A DNA stretch of 64,000 bases from a virus. Taxonomy: Duplodnaviria > Caudoviricetes. Location: positions 743 to 64,742 of IMG/VR virus record IMGVR_UViG_3300032174_000005, one strand, 5' to 3'. The position numbers and the translations under genes are program-made. Under the pieces are notes generated by a model, which was not told where the DNA came from, did no database searches, and saw nothing but the letters and a program-made list of their open reading frames with translations. Below are positions 36,791 to 46,367 of the stretch, piece by piece (within the stretch, counting starts at the first letter, position 1; the number at the start of each line of letters is the position of its first letter).

Positions 36791-39474
36791 CGTGTGCCTC
36801 CGGATGAGGATAATACTACAGGGGAAAGTTTAATGTCGGACATTTGTGCCCAGGTGGGGCCGGCACAGGCTTCCACGTCCACGGTGAGGCCCGAGGGCGC
36901 GAGGATCGGATGCGTCAGCACACGCGAGGGCGCACGCAGCACTGGGATCACCTCGGAGATGAACTCCTCCAATAGTGACTGTTTAAACACATACACGAAG
37001 GAATCATGCACGTTGTTACACAGGCCGTATTTTTCATCCAGCCCCCTTGCGCGCAGCTCCTTCATCGTCTCCCTGATATTCCCGAACGCATGATTCGCGG
37101 GGAGAAACGCTACCGCTTCTTCCGCTTGGTCCCCTGGGGCGAGCGCGCCGTTTTTCCAGGTGAACACTTCATAGAACCGGCGAAGATGGCCGAAACGGGA
37201 ACGGAGGAACTGATCACGGTGGGCCTGCTGGCGGATACGATCCTGCCACTGGAAAACCTTGGGGAAGATACCGCGCAGTAGATCGTGAAATCTCTTGGCT
37301 GTTTTTTCGCTGTCAAAATGTTCGAGATTTTCCTGATAAAGTCTTCGATAGCCCATGCCAAATCCGATGCCGAGGATGCTGGGCTTCGCTTGCTTGTCCC
37401 GTACCCGCTTACGTTGATCGTCACTTTTGAGCCATTGGAATCGGTCCATGAGAGCATCGTCGGATTCCTCCATCACGTTAGGTTGCCACAGGTTAAGGAA
37501 ACATCCTGCTACGAAACTGTGCATATCGAGGCGGGCCATTCGCATGTAGGATGCGTCTTCCGCTTCGAAGCCGGTGGTTAGGACGTGGTAACTTTTGAAG
37601 TCGGCTTCGACGAGGATTTCCCCCGCCGGGGCCGCGACCATTCCGCGAACGGCTTTGGCGAGCCGTCCATGCTTAGGGAAATTTTGGATATTTGGATTCC
37701 GGGAGGTAAGCTGACCAGTTCCGGTGTCAAAAGTGAACGTAGTATGGACTTTTCCGTCAGCGTGGGGCTTAAACCCGTCGATGTAAGTTCCGCGCATTTT
37801 AGAAAGTTCTCGATACTCAATGACGCGGAGGTAGAAGTTGTCCCCCGTCCTGTGTGCGAGTCGCTGGAGTTCCTTTTTCGCCGTGGTGTCTTTTTTGTTG
37901 CCATCGTCGTCCTCCATCTTACCTTTGGGGATCTTGTGCTTCATTGCTTTCATGTACCGGATTAACTGCTGGGAGGAGTTCGGATTAAACGGTTCCAGCT
38001 TGCAGTATCGCTCAATCTTAATCACACAAGGATTCCCCGCGTCATCCGTCGCGGCATCATCGAAGGTCCGCAGCACCAGACCGTCCAGCTCTTTAGGCGC
38101 GCGCTTATAGCCGTTCTTTGGGTGGACCGAACGTACAGACTCCGGGCACAGGCTATCCAGTTCAGCCCCTACTTCCTTCTGGGTGATTTCAAATTCCGCG
38201 TCGAGGCCCAGCCGGGAGGTGTCATCAATCGGCATCCCCCGCTCCTCCATCGCGGCTAGGACTGGTCGCACGGCGTGGAGCTGGCCGAGGTAGCCGAGGG
38301 TGCGGTCGCCCCACAGGCCGTCTTTTTTCAGCGATCCTTCCAGAAAAGTGTAAAGACGTAAAGTAGCGTCAACATCGCAACACCCATAGAACTCAATGTC
38401 CGTTCCCGCAAGATGTTTCCATGGAAATGGGAAGGAGACAAACTGAGCGCAAAATTGTAAATGAGCAGGAAGATCAGGCTGCCAGTGATGAAACATCTGA
38501 AGCGTATCATGGATTACTCCTCTCGGATTCAGGTCGAGCCCTTCGCGTTCCCCCGCCGCGCGGAGAACTTTGTTGTCGAAGAGCCAGACGTTGTGGCCAC
38601 ACTTTATGTTCGGGGAATGCAGGAGTCGCCGTATAGCCGGTATAAAGATTCGCTCGAACGGGATAGCGATGCTGCGGCCCCCATGACTGAATTGTACGAG
38701 ACGCACAATTGTGTCTTGAAATCCATCTCTTGCATCTTCGTCAAGTGAGGCGGACTCGGAAGTCTCGATATCATAACTAAGCGCTCCGCCATCTGATTCA
38801 ACTCTTGATATAAATCCCCCAACGTCGTCCAGGTTTGGGTGGGTGAGATATCCAAGTCCATATGCGCTCTCCTTCGGGTCGATGTTCCATTGCCAGTTGG
38901 TATCCTTGCCTGCTGCGATGTTCACCGCGCGATTGAGGATGCGGGCGAACAGGCCCTGGAGGGAAGCTTTGCCGCGTCGCAGGAATGCGGGGTGGAAATC
39001 CCCGATGACGGGGATATTGTTGGGTCCGGGGAGGACGTATCCCGCCAGATGGCTGATCCCCCTCGCCTCCCCTGTCATCCCGGTCAATTCCCTCAACGCG
39101 GCCCCGCCAAGAGCCGTGATGCACCTCGGGCGGCGAGCAGCGATAGCCGCATCAAGATTCCCGCGACAATGGTTGATCGCCGAAAACTCATACGGACTAC
39201 CTTCGAGCCAGTTGTTTCGTGGACGGCAACGTAGAATATTTGTGATCGAGAATTGCTGTCGGTCCATGCCCATGCGTCGAAAAGTTCGTTCGAGCAGACT
39301 TCCAGCCGGTGCGTACGGACGGAATGGTAATCCATCGCGTGCCTCCATTTCGCCGGATGCCTCGCCCACTAATAATACTGAGTTGGCCCCTGTACCCTCC
39401 ACGCGGGAGAAGTCGGAGCCATGGCTCTCGCAGGCGCATCCGGAACAACTTTCAGGCTTGGCGCGCAGGTTCAC
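36787..39474 (-). CDS. polA: Family A DNA polymerase with N-terminal family-4 uracil-DNA glycosylase domain and 3'-5' exonuclease
   Basis: UDG motifs VGEASG..E..GLPF, TNILRCRP, HPAFL; exonuclease YDIET, HN..FD, Y...D; polymerase TGQLTSRNPNIQN, motifs A/B/C (ADFKS, AKPSILG, VHDS); GTG start overlaps the upstream TGA. Confidence 0.95.
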   Translation of the reverse strand: MNLRAKPESCSGCACESHGSDFSRVEGTGANSVLLVGEASGEMEARDGLPFRPYAPAGSLLERTFRRMGMDRQQFSITNILRCRPRNNWLEGSPYEFSAINHCRGNLDAAIAARRPRCITALGGAALRELTGMTGEARGISHLAGYVLPGPNNIPVIGDFHPAFLRRGKASLQGLFARILNRAVNIAAGKDTNWQWNIDPKESAYGLGYLTHPNLDDVGGFISRVESDGGALSYDIETSESASLDEDARDGFQDTIVRLVQFSHGGRSIAIPFERIFIPAIRRLLHSPNIKCGHNVWLFDNKVLRAAGEREGLDLNPRGVIHDTLQMFHHWQPDLPAHLQFCAQFVSFPFPWKHLAGTDIEFYGCCDVDATLRLYTFLEGSLKKDGLWGDRTLGYLGQLHAVRPVLAAMEERGMPIDDTSRLGLDAEFEITQKEVGAELDSLCPESVRSVHPKNGYKRAPKELDGLVLRTFDDAATDDAGNPCVIKIERYCKLEPFNPNSSQQLIRYMKAMKHKIPKGKMEDDDGNKKDTTAKKELQRLAHRTGDNFYLRVIEYRELSKMRGTYIDGFKPHADGKVHTTFTFDTGTGQLTSRNPNIQNFPKHGRLAKAVRGMVAAPAGEILVEADFKSYHVLTTGFEAEDASYMRMARLDMHSFVAGCFLNLWQPNVMEESDDALMDRFQWLKSDDQRKRVRDKQAKPSILGIGFGMGYRRLYQENLEHFDSEKTAKRFHDLLRGIFPKVFQWQDRIRQQAHRDQFLRSRFGHLRRFYEVFTWKNGALAPGDQAEEAVAFLPANHAFGNIRETMKELRARGLDEKYGLCNNVHDSFVYVFKQSLLEEFISEVIPVLRAPSRVLTHPILAPSGLTVDVEACAGPTWAQMSDIKLSPVVLSSSGGTR

Positions 39475-39770
39475 TGGGTCAGTTTCCCTTTCATCATCCC
39501 CTCCAGCAGCGCCTCCTGCTGCGGGTTCACCACGCATAACATCTCCCCCAGCGTGGGTTCATTCCGGCCCAGCTCCCCGCCCATGTCAATCGGGATCACA
39601 ATCTGGATGATCAACATGGCCGGAGTGAGATCCTTCGAGCTGCCCATGGACAATCCCCCGTCCTCCACACGGACGGCTTGGACGATCAATCCGCGTTTCA
39701 GGCGTTCAGGCTCGGGATGCCAGCACAATAGTGATTTCTCGGTGATGCGGTTCCCAATGCAATCCTTCAC
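39471..39770 (-). CDS. Hypothetical protein
   Basis: GGAGG RBS; coupled to both neighbours. Confidence 0.6.
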   Translation of the reverse strand: MKDCIGNRITEKSLLCWHPEPERLKRGLIVQAVRVEDGGLSMGSSKDLTPAMLIIQIVIPIDMGGELGRNEPTLGEMLCVVNPQQEALLEGMMKGKLTQ

Positions 39771-40018
39771 TGTAATCCTCCGTTCGGGTAGCGGCGTTTG
39801 AATTCCCTCGTCCCGGCTTCCACATCCCCGTTCGCCTCTTTGATCAGCACGTTCAGCACATTCTGCCGGATGGCGGGGTCGAGGCGCATGTTTGTTTCCG
39901 CTTGGAGTCTCGCGGACTCAGGGACTGGCCCCCACGCGGTCATGATTTCCGGCGGCGGGGGGACATTTACCATTGGATTACCCTTGAACTTTTCAATCAG
40001 CTTCTTGATCCGGCTCAT
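39767..40018 (-). CDS. Hypothetical protein
   Basis: AAAGGAG RBS. Confidence 0.6.
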   Translation of the reverse strand: MSRIKKLIEKFKGNPMVNVPPPPEIMTAWGPVPESARLQAETNMRLDPAIRQNVLNVLIKEANGDVEAGTREFKRRYPNGGLQ

Positions 40019-40118
40019 CTCATCGCTCCTTTAACATTCACGTTAAATTACAGTATTCCCCCGATTGCCACACCATCTTGTCTAATCTATACATATCCTC
40101 TACAATGGAGGCTGCACC

Positions 40119-40415
40119 ATGAGTGTATGTGAGCGCCCCACCTGTGGACATCTCGCCGAGCTGCATGACGTGCTGGGCTGCATCATGCTGGAGTGTGAGT
40201 GCAAATCGCTCGTGCTTAATGGAATCAGCAACCCCGTCCGCGCAGGGGCAGGGCCTGATCGGGAGGGGGAGGTCGTGGGGGCCATCATATCCACGGCTGA
40301 ACCCTCTCGTCTGTCTTGCACTGTGCGGCGAATCGCTCGGGAGATCCGACAAGGCGCAGGCCAGCGAGCGTACGACAACGGGACAAGGCCACGTATAGCA
40401 TCGCCGGCGCGCTGA
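40119..40415 (+). CDS. Possible small Cys/His metal-binding protein
   Basis: GGAGG RBS; C...CGH...H...C...CEC; 3' part overlaps the helicase antisense. Confidence 0.35.
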   Translation: MSVCERPTCGHLAELHDVLGCIMLECECKSLVLNGISNPVRAGAGPDREGEVVGAIISTAEPSRLSCTVRRIAREIRQGAGQRAYDNGTRPRIASPAR

Positions 40416-41643
40416 AGAACCGATCGCGGAAATCCACCTGCACACGATCCAAAGTTAAACTCTGACTCTTATGTACGCTGGTGGCCCAGGCCAATCGGAG
40501 GGGATGATATTGTATCTGTCCGATCACATACCTCCCACTCTTGCGTCGTCGATGCGGGGCCTCATGCCATGGCGTTCCCTCTGAATCGTCCACTCGGGGG
40601 GCGTCAGCGGGGAATCCATCTGGCCGATTCACTTCCTCCACACCTCTCACAATGGGTGATATGGCCGTTTCCAGCCCCGTCCTGAGCAATTTCACGATCA
40701 CCTGACCATTCGTGTCATCCCACCCTGTAATATGCCCTGTATCTCCGTTGACCACGCTGAAATCGGATGAATTGGCCAGAATCATCACGAGCGCTCCCAC
40801 TTTCAGGGGGAGATGCGGGGGGATGCCCCATTCGCGCGTCCGGGGATTCTCGCCCCATTCCGTGCGCTGCTTCCCCCAGCGGCGGGAGATCACCGCGAAG
40901 GGATCACCTTTCAATTTGCTGAGGGCCAGCGCGTTGTAGCGGTTTACCATTTCGTTTTTCGGGAGGATCGTCGTGCCATCGAATTCACAATCCAGCTGAG
41001 TGTTCCAACGAGTGCCAGCCCTATTAAGTAGGTCAGTAGCGCCAGCACCGTCGCCTGCTCGAAGTAAGTTAAGTGCGTCCAGAAATGGGCCACCATCCTG
41101 CCTCCAGACTTTCGTCAATCTCTCAGTATTATTTGCGAATTCGTTCCAGCAATCCGCAGTGAACACCCACGGACCTTTCACGGGGGGCAGCTGGGCCAGA
41201 TCTCCCACCAGCAGTATCCCGAGGGGCCGATCCTGCAAGTCAGGGTAACGATTCGCCTCCCCGACCCCGCGATGGATGAGGTCGAGTTGATCCCCGTGGA
41301 GCATCGAATATTCTTCGATGACCAGCCATCGCACACTCTGGCCGATGTCATGCAGGGTGCGGGATAATCTCCCAGTGAGGAACGCATCGCGGAGGCTGAA
41401 CGTGTCGCTGAATTTCAATGTGCTGTGTACGGTGATCGCGCCGAGATTCACCGCGCTGACGCCTGTCGTGCTGGTGAGCAGCCCCCATCCGATATCCGCC
41501 GCCGATCGTTGCATCAGCTGGTACGTTTTCCCTGAACCTGCGCAGCCAATCAGTCTCGCGCATGGGACTGGACGCTCGGGTGCGGGGGCCTCGATCAGCG
41601 CCCCCTCCGCCGCCTCCAATTCGGGATGGAGGGAGTCGTTCAC
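40285..41643 (-). CDS. PIF1/RecD-like SF1B DNA helicase
   Basis: GCAGSGKT, IEEYSM, VGDLAQLPPV, LTKVWRQ, VNGDTG, PLRLAWATSVHKSQ, YVALSR. Confidence 0.92.
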   Translation of the reverse strand: MNDSLHPELEAAEGALIEAPAPERPVPCARLIGCAGSGKTYQLMQRSAADIGWGLLTSTTGVSAVNLGAITVHSTLKFSDTFSLRDAFLTGRLSRTLHDIGQSVRWLVIEEYSMLHGDQLDLIHRGVGEANRYPDLQDRPLGILLVGDLAQLPPVKGPWVFTADCWNEFANNTERLTKVWRQDGGPFLDALNLLRAGDGAGATDLLNRAGTRWNTQLDCEFDGTTILPKNEMVNRYNALALSKLKGDPFAVISRRWGKQRTEWGENPRTREWGIPPHLPLKVGALVMILANSSDFSVVNGDTGHITGWDDTNGQVIVKLLRTGLETAISPIVRGVEEVNRPDGFPADAPRVDDSEGTPWHEAPHRRRKSGRYVIGQIQYHPLRLAWATSVHKSQSLTLDRVQVDFRDRFFSAPAMLYVALSRCRTLAGLRLVGSPERFAAQCKTDERVQPWI

Positions 41644-41924
41644 GATGCGATCATCGCCTTATTCACAAATTCCTCACTTAGGATATTCCCTGCCGGTCCG
41701 GATGCTGCGGCGGCGGGGGGCTGCACCTCATCCTTCCGATCCCGATTCTTCTTCGCTGCGCGCTTCACCATCTTTGTTTGATTGTGCTGATCCGCCTGGG
41801 CCAGCAGTGTGAGTCTTCGTTTTAAAATGTCGGACATTCGGTGGAATACATAATCCACCTCTTCCACATCCGCATTTCGTGCCCAATCAATTACCCTTCC
41901 GAGTGATAACTGTCTCGCTGCCAT
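41640..41924 (-). CDS. Hypothetical protein
   Basis: AAGGAG RBS before ATG 41924, just downstream of tRNA-Lys. Confidence 0.6.
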   Translation of the reverse strand: MAARQLSLGRVIDWARNADVEEVDYVFHRMSDILKRRLTLLAQADQHNQTKMVKRAAKKNRDRKDEVQPPAAAASGPAGNILSEEFVNKAMIAS

Positions 41925-41947
41925 GATATTTCTCCTTTTCAATTTAG

Positions 41948-42020
41948 TGGACCGGGTGCGAGTCGAACGCACAACCTGCGCTTTAAGAGAGCGATGCTCT
42001 GCCAGTTGAGCTACCAGTCC
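41948..42020 (-). tRNA. tRNA-Lys(CUU)
   Basis: GGACTGG TA GCTC-AACTGGCA-GAGC A TCGCT-CTCTTAA-AGCGC AGGTT GTGCG-TTCGACT-CGCAC CCGGTCC A; followed by CTA, not CCA. Confidence 0.88.
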
Positions 42021-42031
42021 CCTGAGTGTTT

Positions 42032-42111
42032 CGGCCCTCCTGTGGTCCCCTTCGGAGATTCGGATAAATCCCCTCGCTATGCCCAGCATGAAGGACTCGA
42101 TGGGAGGGCCG
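42032..42111 (-). ncRNA. Structured RNA element between two tRNAs
   Basis: 9-bp closing stem CGGCCCTCC/GGAGGGCCG with nested stems. Confidence 0.4.
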
Positions 42112-42117
42112 TATCGT

Positions 42118-42219
42118 TGGTTGCGGCGACAGGATTCGAACCTGTAGTGACCACCGATTAAATCCGGCTAGCCTATCCCCACCTAAATGGGGCGGGTCTG
42201 CCAATTCCCCTACGCCGCG
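42118..42219 (-). tRNA. Atypical tRNA-Leu(UAG)-like gene, 102 nt
   Basis: Leu-type D loop GAATTGGCAGA, TTTAGG anticodon loop, about 30-nt variable region, ACAGG-TTCGAAT-CCTGT, ACCA end. Confidence 0.7.
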
Positions 42220-42228
42220 ACCGAATCG

Positions 42229-42987
42229 TTACTTCTTCAGTTCATCCAGCGACAGGAATCGTGCAATCGTGATGCGGGCTCGCCCGAATCCATGCGCGGG
42301 ATTCACCGCACACTTCATCTCAGGACTGTACAGTTGCCCCAGCTTCCGTTTGGACTGATCCTGCTCCGGGGGAAAATGATGCATCCCCGTTACGCTGCGG
42401 GGATATTTCTTCCCGGCTGCCTTCGCTTCCTCCCCGCAGGCTTGGCAGGAATACTCCCATGCAGTTTCGATTCCCAGTTCAGGTTCGCCGGCCAGCGCCT
42501 GCACCAGCAGATCCATCCATCCCTTGGGGGCGAGTCGCTGATGCGGGGTGATCCACGATGACCCGTCGGGCCTGCGCAGCTTGTTCACGATTGTTGTGAC
42601 CTTCGTCGCAGAATCCCGGCTGACAAACGTACTCACGTTATAGTCATACGCCTTCAGCCCGTCGTACTTCCCCGTTCCGTCGATGATCTGGGCTTCCACG
42701 CCAGTAACCAATACCGCTTGTCCCGGCGCGGCTCCCCACAGCTTCGGGACATAATCCACCTTCTGCCCGTTCACTTCCTTCTGGGCCAGCTTCAGCTTCA
42801 CGCGATACTTCCCATCGGGTGGAGGTGCGGGCTGCGCATACGCATCCGCATCGGGATTCGCATGCAGCTCCTCGCTGACCAGCCGGGGATCGTTCGGATC
42901 CAGCAATTCCTGCGGTGCATCTGATACTTGGATATTCTGTTGCGGATCGTTCAGATCCGTGACGGGTTGTCCAAATGTTGTTGCCAT
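42229..42987 (-). CDS. Probable ssDNA-binding protein
   Basis: PPDGKYRVKL motif; follows the Sak4-like ATPase. Confidence 0.5.
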   Translation of the reverse strand: MATTFGQPVTDLNDPQQNIQVSDAPQELLDPNDPRLVSEELHANPDADAYAQPAPPPDGKYRVKLKLAQKEVNGQKVDYVPKLWGAAPGQAVLVTGVEAQIIDGTGKYDGLKAYDYNVSTFVSRDSATKVTTIVNKLRRPDGSSWITPHQRLAPKGWMDLLVQALAGEPELGIETAWEYSCQACGEEAKAAGKKYPRSVTGMHHFPPEQDQSKRKLGQLYSPEMKCAVNPAHGFGRARITIARFLSLDELKK

Positions 42988-43079
42988 GATGATTGATTCT
43001 CCTTAGTTTGATTTGATTTGCTTACTTGTTATGCAATAAAGGCGCCTCAGGGAAGGCCGTTACTCATCCCTCCCCGATA

Positions 43080-44108
43080 TTACTTCGTCGCGACCGCAGC
43101 GATGTTGCGGCCCAATTTCTGATCCATCCGCTCTCTCCACTTGGCCAGCGCCGGGGACTTCCCCGCATCCACGGACAGTTCATCCACCGTTTTCAGATAG
43201 ATATCCAATCCCCCTTCCGTGGTGGGCTCAAAATACCCCCCAGGGAATCGTTCATCAAGCGCGGCCATTTTTTCCGGCGTCACTCTCGGCTTCGCAGGAT
43301 AGGGGATCAACGTGGCGGGGTCGGGATGCTTTTTAAAATACACCCGGACTTTCATTTCCGCCACTTGTGTCTGCACCATTTTGCGCGGGTCCGATGGATC
43401 CGGCACTTCCACATTGCGGATGATCTGGTAATCCTGTGCGTGGAGCAGATCCCCCACCCACGCGCCGCATTCAGCGGTGGCTTTCTTTCCGCTGATGGAT
43501 GGTCCGTACACCGTCGTCCGCGCATCATCTTCCGTCTTACTCTCCAGCGCGGTGTACAGCACCCTTTTACAAGGCAGCGAGTTAAAGTTCATCACTAATC
43601 CGTATAGATGATTCTGCACGAATCCATAATCCCCCCGCGTGTTGCTGCGGAAATTTAAATTCTGCACCACGCCGCCGACTGTCACCTGCTGCGCGAACCC
43701 TCCCAGCTTGTTCCGATCCTCCCCACCCACGGATATCCCAGATGCGGGCAGAAACCGCATAATGACGGCGGAGATGCTGGTCCACCCTTCCACGGCGATT
43801 CCTCCCACGTCATCCCAGTTCACAGGTTGCAGGTCGAGTTCAGCGGGTGTGCTGGCCATCGGATTCCTCGGCCAGTATCCCTTGCTGATCATTTGCAGGA
43901 TCGGCATTGGGACGGTTGCGGAGTCACATCTATACGGGAGGATCATGCCTTCCGCGATTTCGGGTTCGCACGCGCCCCACCCGCCGCCATCACAGGACAG
44001 CAGCAGGGTCGCTTTGCCTGTTGTTTCCGCGATGTAATGACTAAACCACTTGACTTGGGAAGTTTTGAAGCTCCCCGTGCACCCGTAAAGACACGTAGAC
44101 GCCGCCAT
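43080..44108 (-). CDS. Sak4-like AAA ATPase / annealing recombinase
   Basis: LYGCTGSFKT Walker A, AVEGWT, DYG, YTALE, YGPSISGK. Confidence 0.75.
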   Translation of the reverse strand: MAASTCLYGCTGSFKTSQVKWFSHYIAETTGKATLLLSCDGGGWGACEPEIAEGMILPYRCDSATVPMPILQMISKGYWPRNPMASTPAELDLQPVNWDDVGGIAVEGWTSISAVIMRFLPASGISVGGEDRNKLGGFAQQVTVGGVVQNLNFRSNTRGDYGFVQNHLYGLVMNFNSLPCKRVLYTALESKTEDDARTTVYGPSISGKKATAECGAWVGDLLHAQDYQIIRNVEVPDPSDPRKMVQTQVAEMKVRVYFKKHPDPATLIPYPAKPRVTPEKMAALDERFPGGYFEPTTEGGLDIYLKTVDELSVDAGKSPALAKWRERMDQKLGRNIAAVATK

Positions 44109-44671
44109 TACAATAGCCCTCGTTTTCTGGCCGTTCGAACGGTATATCCAATAGTTGAGTAGTGTCGGCCAATCCCATTTGAAATGGTTTCGTAAGTCTC
44201 GCCGCTTCGATAACGGCGAAGAATCTCGCTTCGTTCAGCCAAGCTCAGATTGGCCCCTCGATCTTTAAGTATCTGGCCATTCTTCCACGCTTGTTGAATA
44301 TTGTGCCGCTGTGAGCACCACTCCAAGTTCGTATGTCGATTGTTAGTGCGATTCCCGTCTATGTGATTAATCCTCATCCTATCAGGACTTGGAGGAGGGC
44401 CAATAAAAGTCAGCGCGATGATGTGATGAGCATACACACGAACATTATTTTTGTGTTTGCGCGAGGCTCCCATGGAGTGCCCAGAAAACACGGCCAACTT
44501 TCGAGGCAGACATACATGGCGATAACTGGCAGCAGAAGAATGTCCTACCATCCGGGCAATCCGGCCCAGACTACTCGCAATGTACAAATCTTCCAGTCCC
44601 GGCACAACTCTCCATTCCTCAGGTTCCTGTGGACCCTGTGCCAACACGGGGATATGAGGATTCTGGCTCAC
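44108..44671 (-). CDS. NUMOD4-HNH homing endonuclease
   Basis: EEWRVVPG..YIASSLGRI; INHIDGNRTNN...NLEW. Confidence 0.9.
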   Translation of the reverse strand: MSQNPHIPVLAQGPQEPEEWRVVPGLEDLYIASSLGRIARMVGHSSAASYRHVCLPRKLAVFSGHSMGASRKHKNNVRVYAHHIIALTFIGPPPSPDRMRINHIDGNRTNNRHTNLEWCSQRHNIQQAWKNGQILKDRGANLSLAERSEILRRYRSGETYETISNGIGRHYSTIGYTVRTARKRGLL

Positions 44672-44838
44672 GCATTTCCCCTTCGCTCCAACCGTTCTAC
44701 CTCACGCATAATGGCCAGCCGCAGAAACTCACTCACCTGCATATCCTGCGCGGTCGCTTGCTTACGAATGCGCTCCAGCTGCCGCCTCCGCATCCGAATG
44801 CTAACTTGTTCTTCTTTTACTGTGTCTGTCATTGGCAT
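44668..44838 (-). CDS. Ribbon-helix-helix DNA-binding protein
   Basis: QVSIRM....ERIRKQA....MQVSEFLR. Confidence 0.65.
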   Translation of the reverse strand: MPMTDTVKEEQVSIRMRRRQLERIRKQATAQDMQVSEFLRLAIMREVERLERRGNA

Positions 44839-44878
44839 CTCTATCTTGCACCCCACTTGACTTACGTTGGAGATTGGA

Positions 44879-44907
44879 ACAGTACGCCTAGTTATAAATC
44901 CTGTCAA
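44879..44907 (-). promoter_or_regulatory. Sigma70-like promoter of the replication operon
   Basis: TTGACA-17 nt-TACTGT. Confidence 0.6.
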
Positions 44908-44926
44908 CTACTATTTTAATTATTTT

Positions 44927-45523
44927 TCAGACGCAGCTCGCCGCCGGGAATCCATACTCCGTCCCGCACTCCAGCACTCCCCCCGGCGCGGCGATCCATC
45001 CCAATCCCTGCCACAATCCGTTCGAATAATAAAATATCAACGGCGATGGGATGAGATACGGAATCCTCCGCCAGTACCCCACGTTCTGCCAGATCTGCAC
45101 GGTGGGAACCTGACTTGCATCCCCGGCGAGATAGTCCATTGAGTAATAATTCACCGTCGGGGAAGGATCGTTATCCGATATCACAATCCAGTACCATTGA
45201 CCTTTTACCAATGTGACTTGCGGCGTGAAGCAGATAAGCGGGAACCTCCCCTTTCCACTCGCGGGATCGGGGAACTCCGGATCGGGAACTTTCACGCCCG
45301 TGGCTAGTGGCGGGCCGAATGGCAGTCCATTCTGTTCCGCGAAAAGTTGCATGAGGATATTTCCCCCCGTCCCTCCTGAATATCCCGGCGCGTGGTCGAT
45401 GTCATACGCCCTCTCCGCGCAGAACGGGGAGGAGTGAGCCGCCTGGAAGCGCTGCCCCCCTTTCACTCCCCACGGACCGCCAATGATTTCGTTTGATAAT
45501 CCGGTGGATATGATGCTGGACAT
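44927..45523 (-). CDS. Hypothetical beta-rich protein
   Basis: GAGGA RBS before ATG 45523; VTLVKGQWYWIVI. Confidence 0.6.
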   Translation of the reverse strand: MSSIISTGLSNEIIGGPWGVKGGQRFQAAHSSPFCAERAYDIDHAPGYSGGTGGNILMQLFAEQNGLPFGPPLATGVKVPDPEFPDPASGKGRFPLICFTPQVTLVKGQWYWIVISDNDPSPTVNYYSMDYLAGDASQVPTVQIWQNVGYWRRIPYLIPSPLIFYYSNGLWQGLGWIAAPGGVLECGTEYGFPAASCV

Positions 45524-45592
45524 GATAATCCTCCTCTCGAAGTTAGCAGCCGAACGTCCGGTAAACGGCTCGGCTGTCCCGCAACGCGCCAA

Positions 45593-45787
45593 CTAAATAC
45601 TTTGTTCCTCGACCGCAGCTTGCATCAACCGGATATGCTGCTTCTGTAAGCGTTCGCGCGTCTCTTGCGCTTGGGTCAACTTTTCCCTAGCCTTTTCCAG
45701 TTCCTCGGAGCGAACCTTAACGACATGTATTGCCATTTCCAAATCCGCTTCTGTGTCCTCGATTAACTGTTTCAGATTTTTACTCAT
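45593..45787 (-). CDS. Coiled-coil hypothetical protein
   Basis: GGAG RBS; heptad pattern. Confidence 0.55.
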   Translation of the reverse strand: MSKNLKQLIEDTEADLEMAIHVVKVRSEELEKAREKLTQAQETRERLQKQHIRLMQAAVEEQSI

Positions 45788-46079
45788 AGCTCTCCCCTGT
45801 CCCGCAACGTAAAGACCAAATCACTTGGTTCCTGTAGCCTTCGGTTGATCGTGGCCTGCCTCTCGTATGGCTCTGCATATATCTACTGCGGCTAACATGA
45901 TCATTATGTTCAGGGACAGAAATCCCAAGAACAAAGCGATGATTACGCCGATCATCGCTTCTCCTTCGTCGCATCGGCTTTGCCGGTTCCTCGGTCACGT
46001 CTGTTCGCGTAGGCAATTCCGGCGTCAAATCCTGATAAAAATATGCAGATAGAGCAAAAAATAACAAGTGGCCATAAAA

Positions 46080-46367
46080 TCATTGCGAATCCTCGGCTGG
46101 CCGATATTCGGGACATCCCGGCTCGTGTCCCTCTCCCGGCAAGTCTCCATCGCAATGCGGATAACCAGCGCATGTGCGGCCTTCCGGCTGTCGCGCATAG
46201 GATTCCGCCCCACACGAAAATGCCGTCACCTGAATGTCGAAATACGCCTTCCTCAAGTTGCATCCGTAGCAGAAGCATCCCTGATGCTTGCCGAGATCGA
46301 GGGTCGTATTCAGATGGATTAGCGTCTGCTTCACCGCGTCCAAAAGTGCTTTCTGTTTATCCGCCAT
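46080..46367 (-). CDS. Hypothetical Cys-rich protein
   Basis: Coupled to the upstream ORF. Confidence 0.45.
   Translation of the reverse strand: MADKQKALLDAVKQTLIHLNTTLDLGKHQGCFCYGCNLRKAYFDIQVTAFSCGAESYARQPEGRTCAGYPHCDGDLPGEGHEPGCPEYRPAEDSQ

Noticed and set aside
41925-42089. N-terminal extension of ORF 41640..42089
   Set aside because: It overlaps tRNA-Lys and the structured RNA; a good RBS precedes ATG 41924
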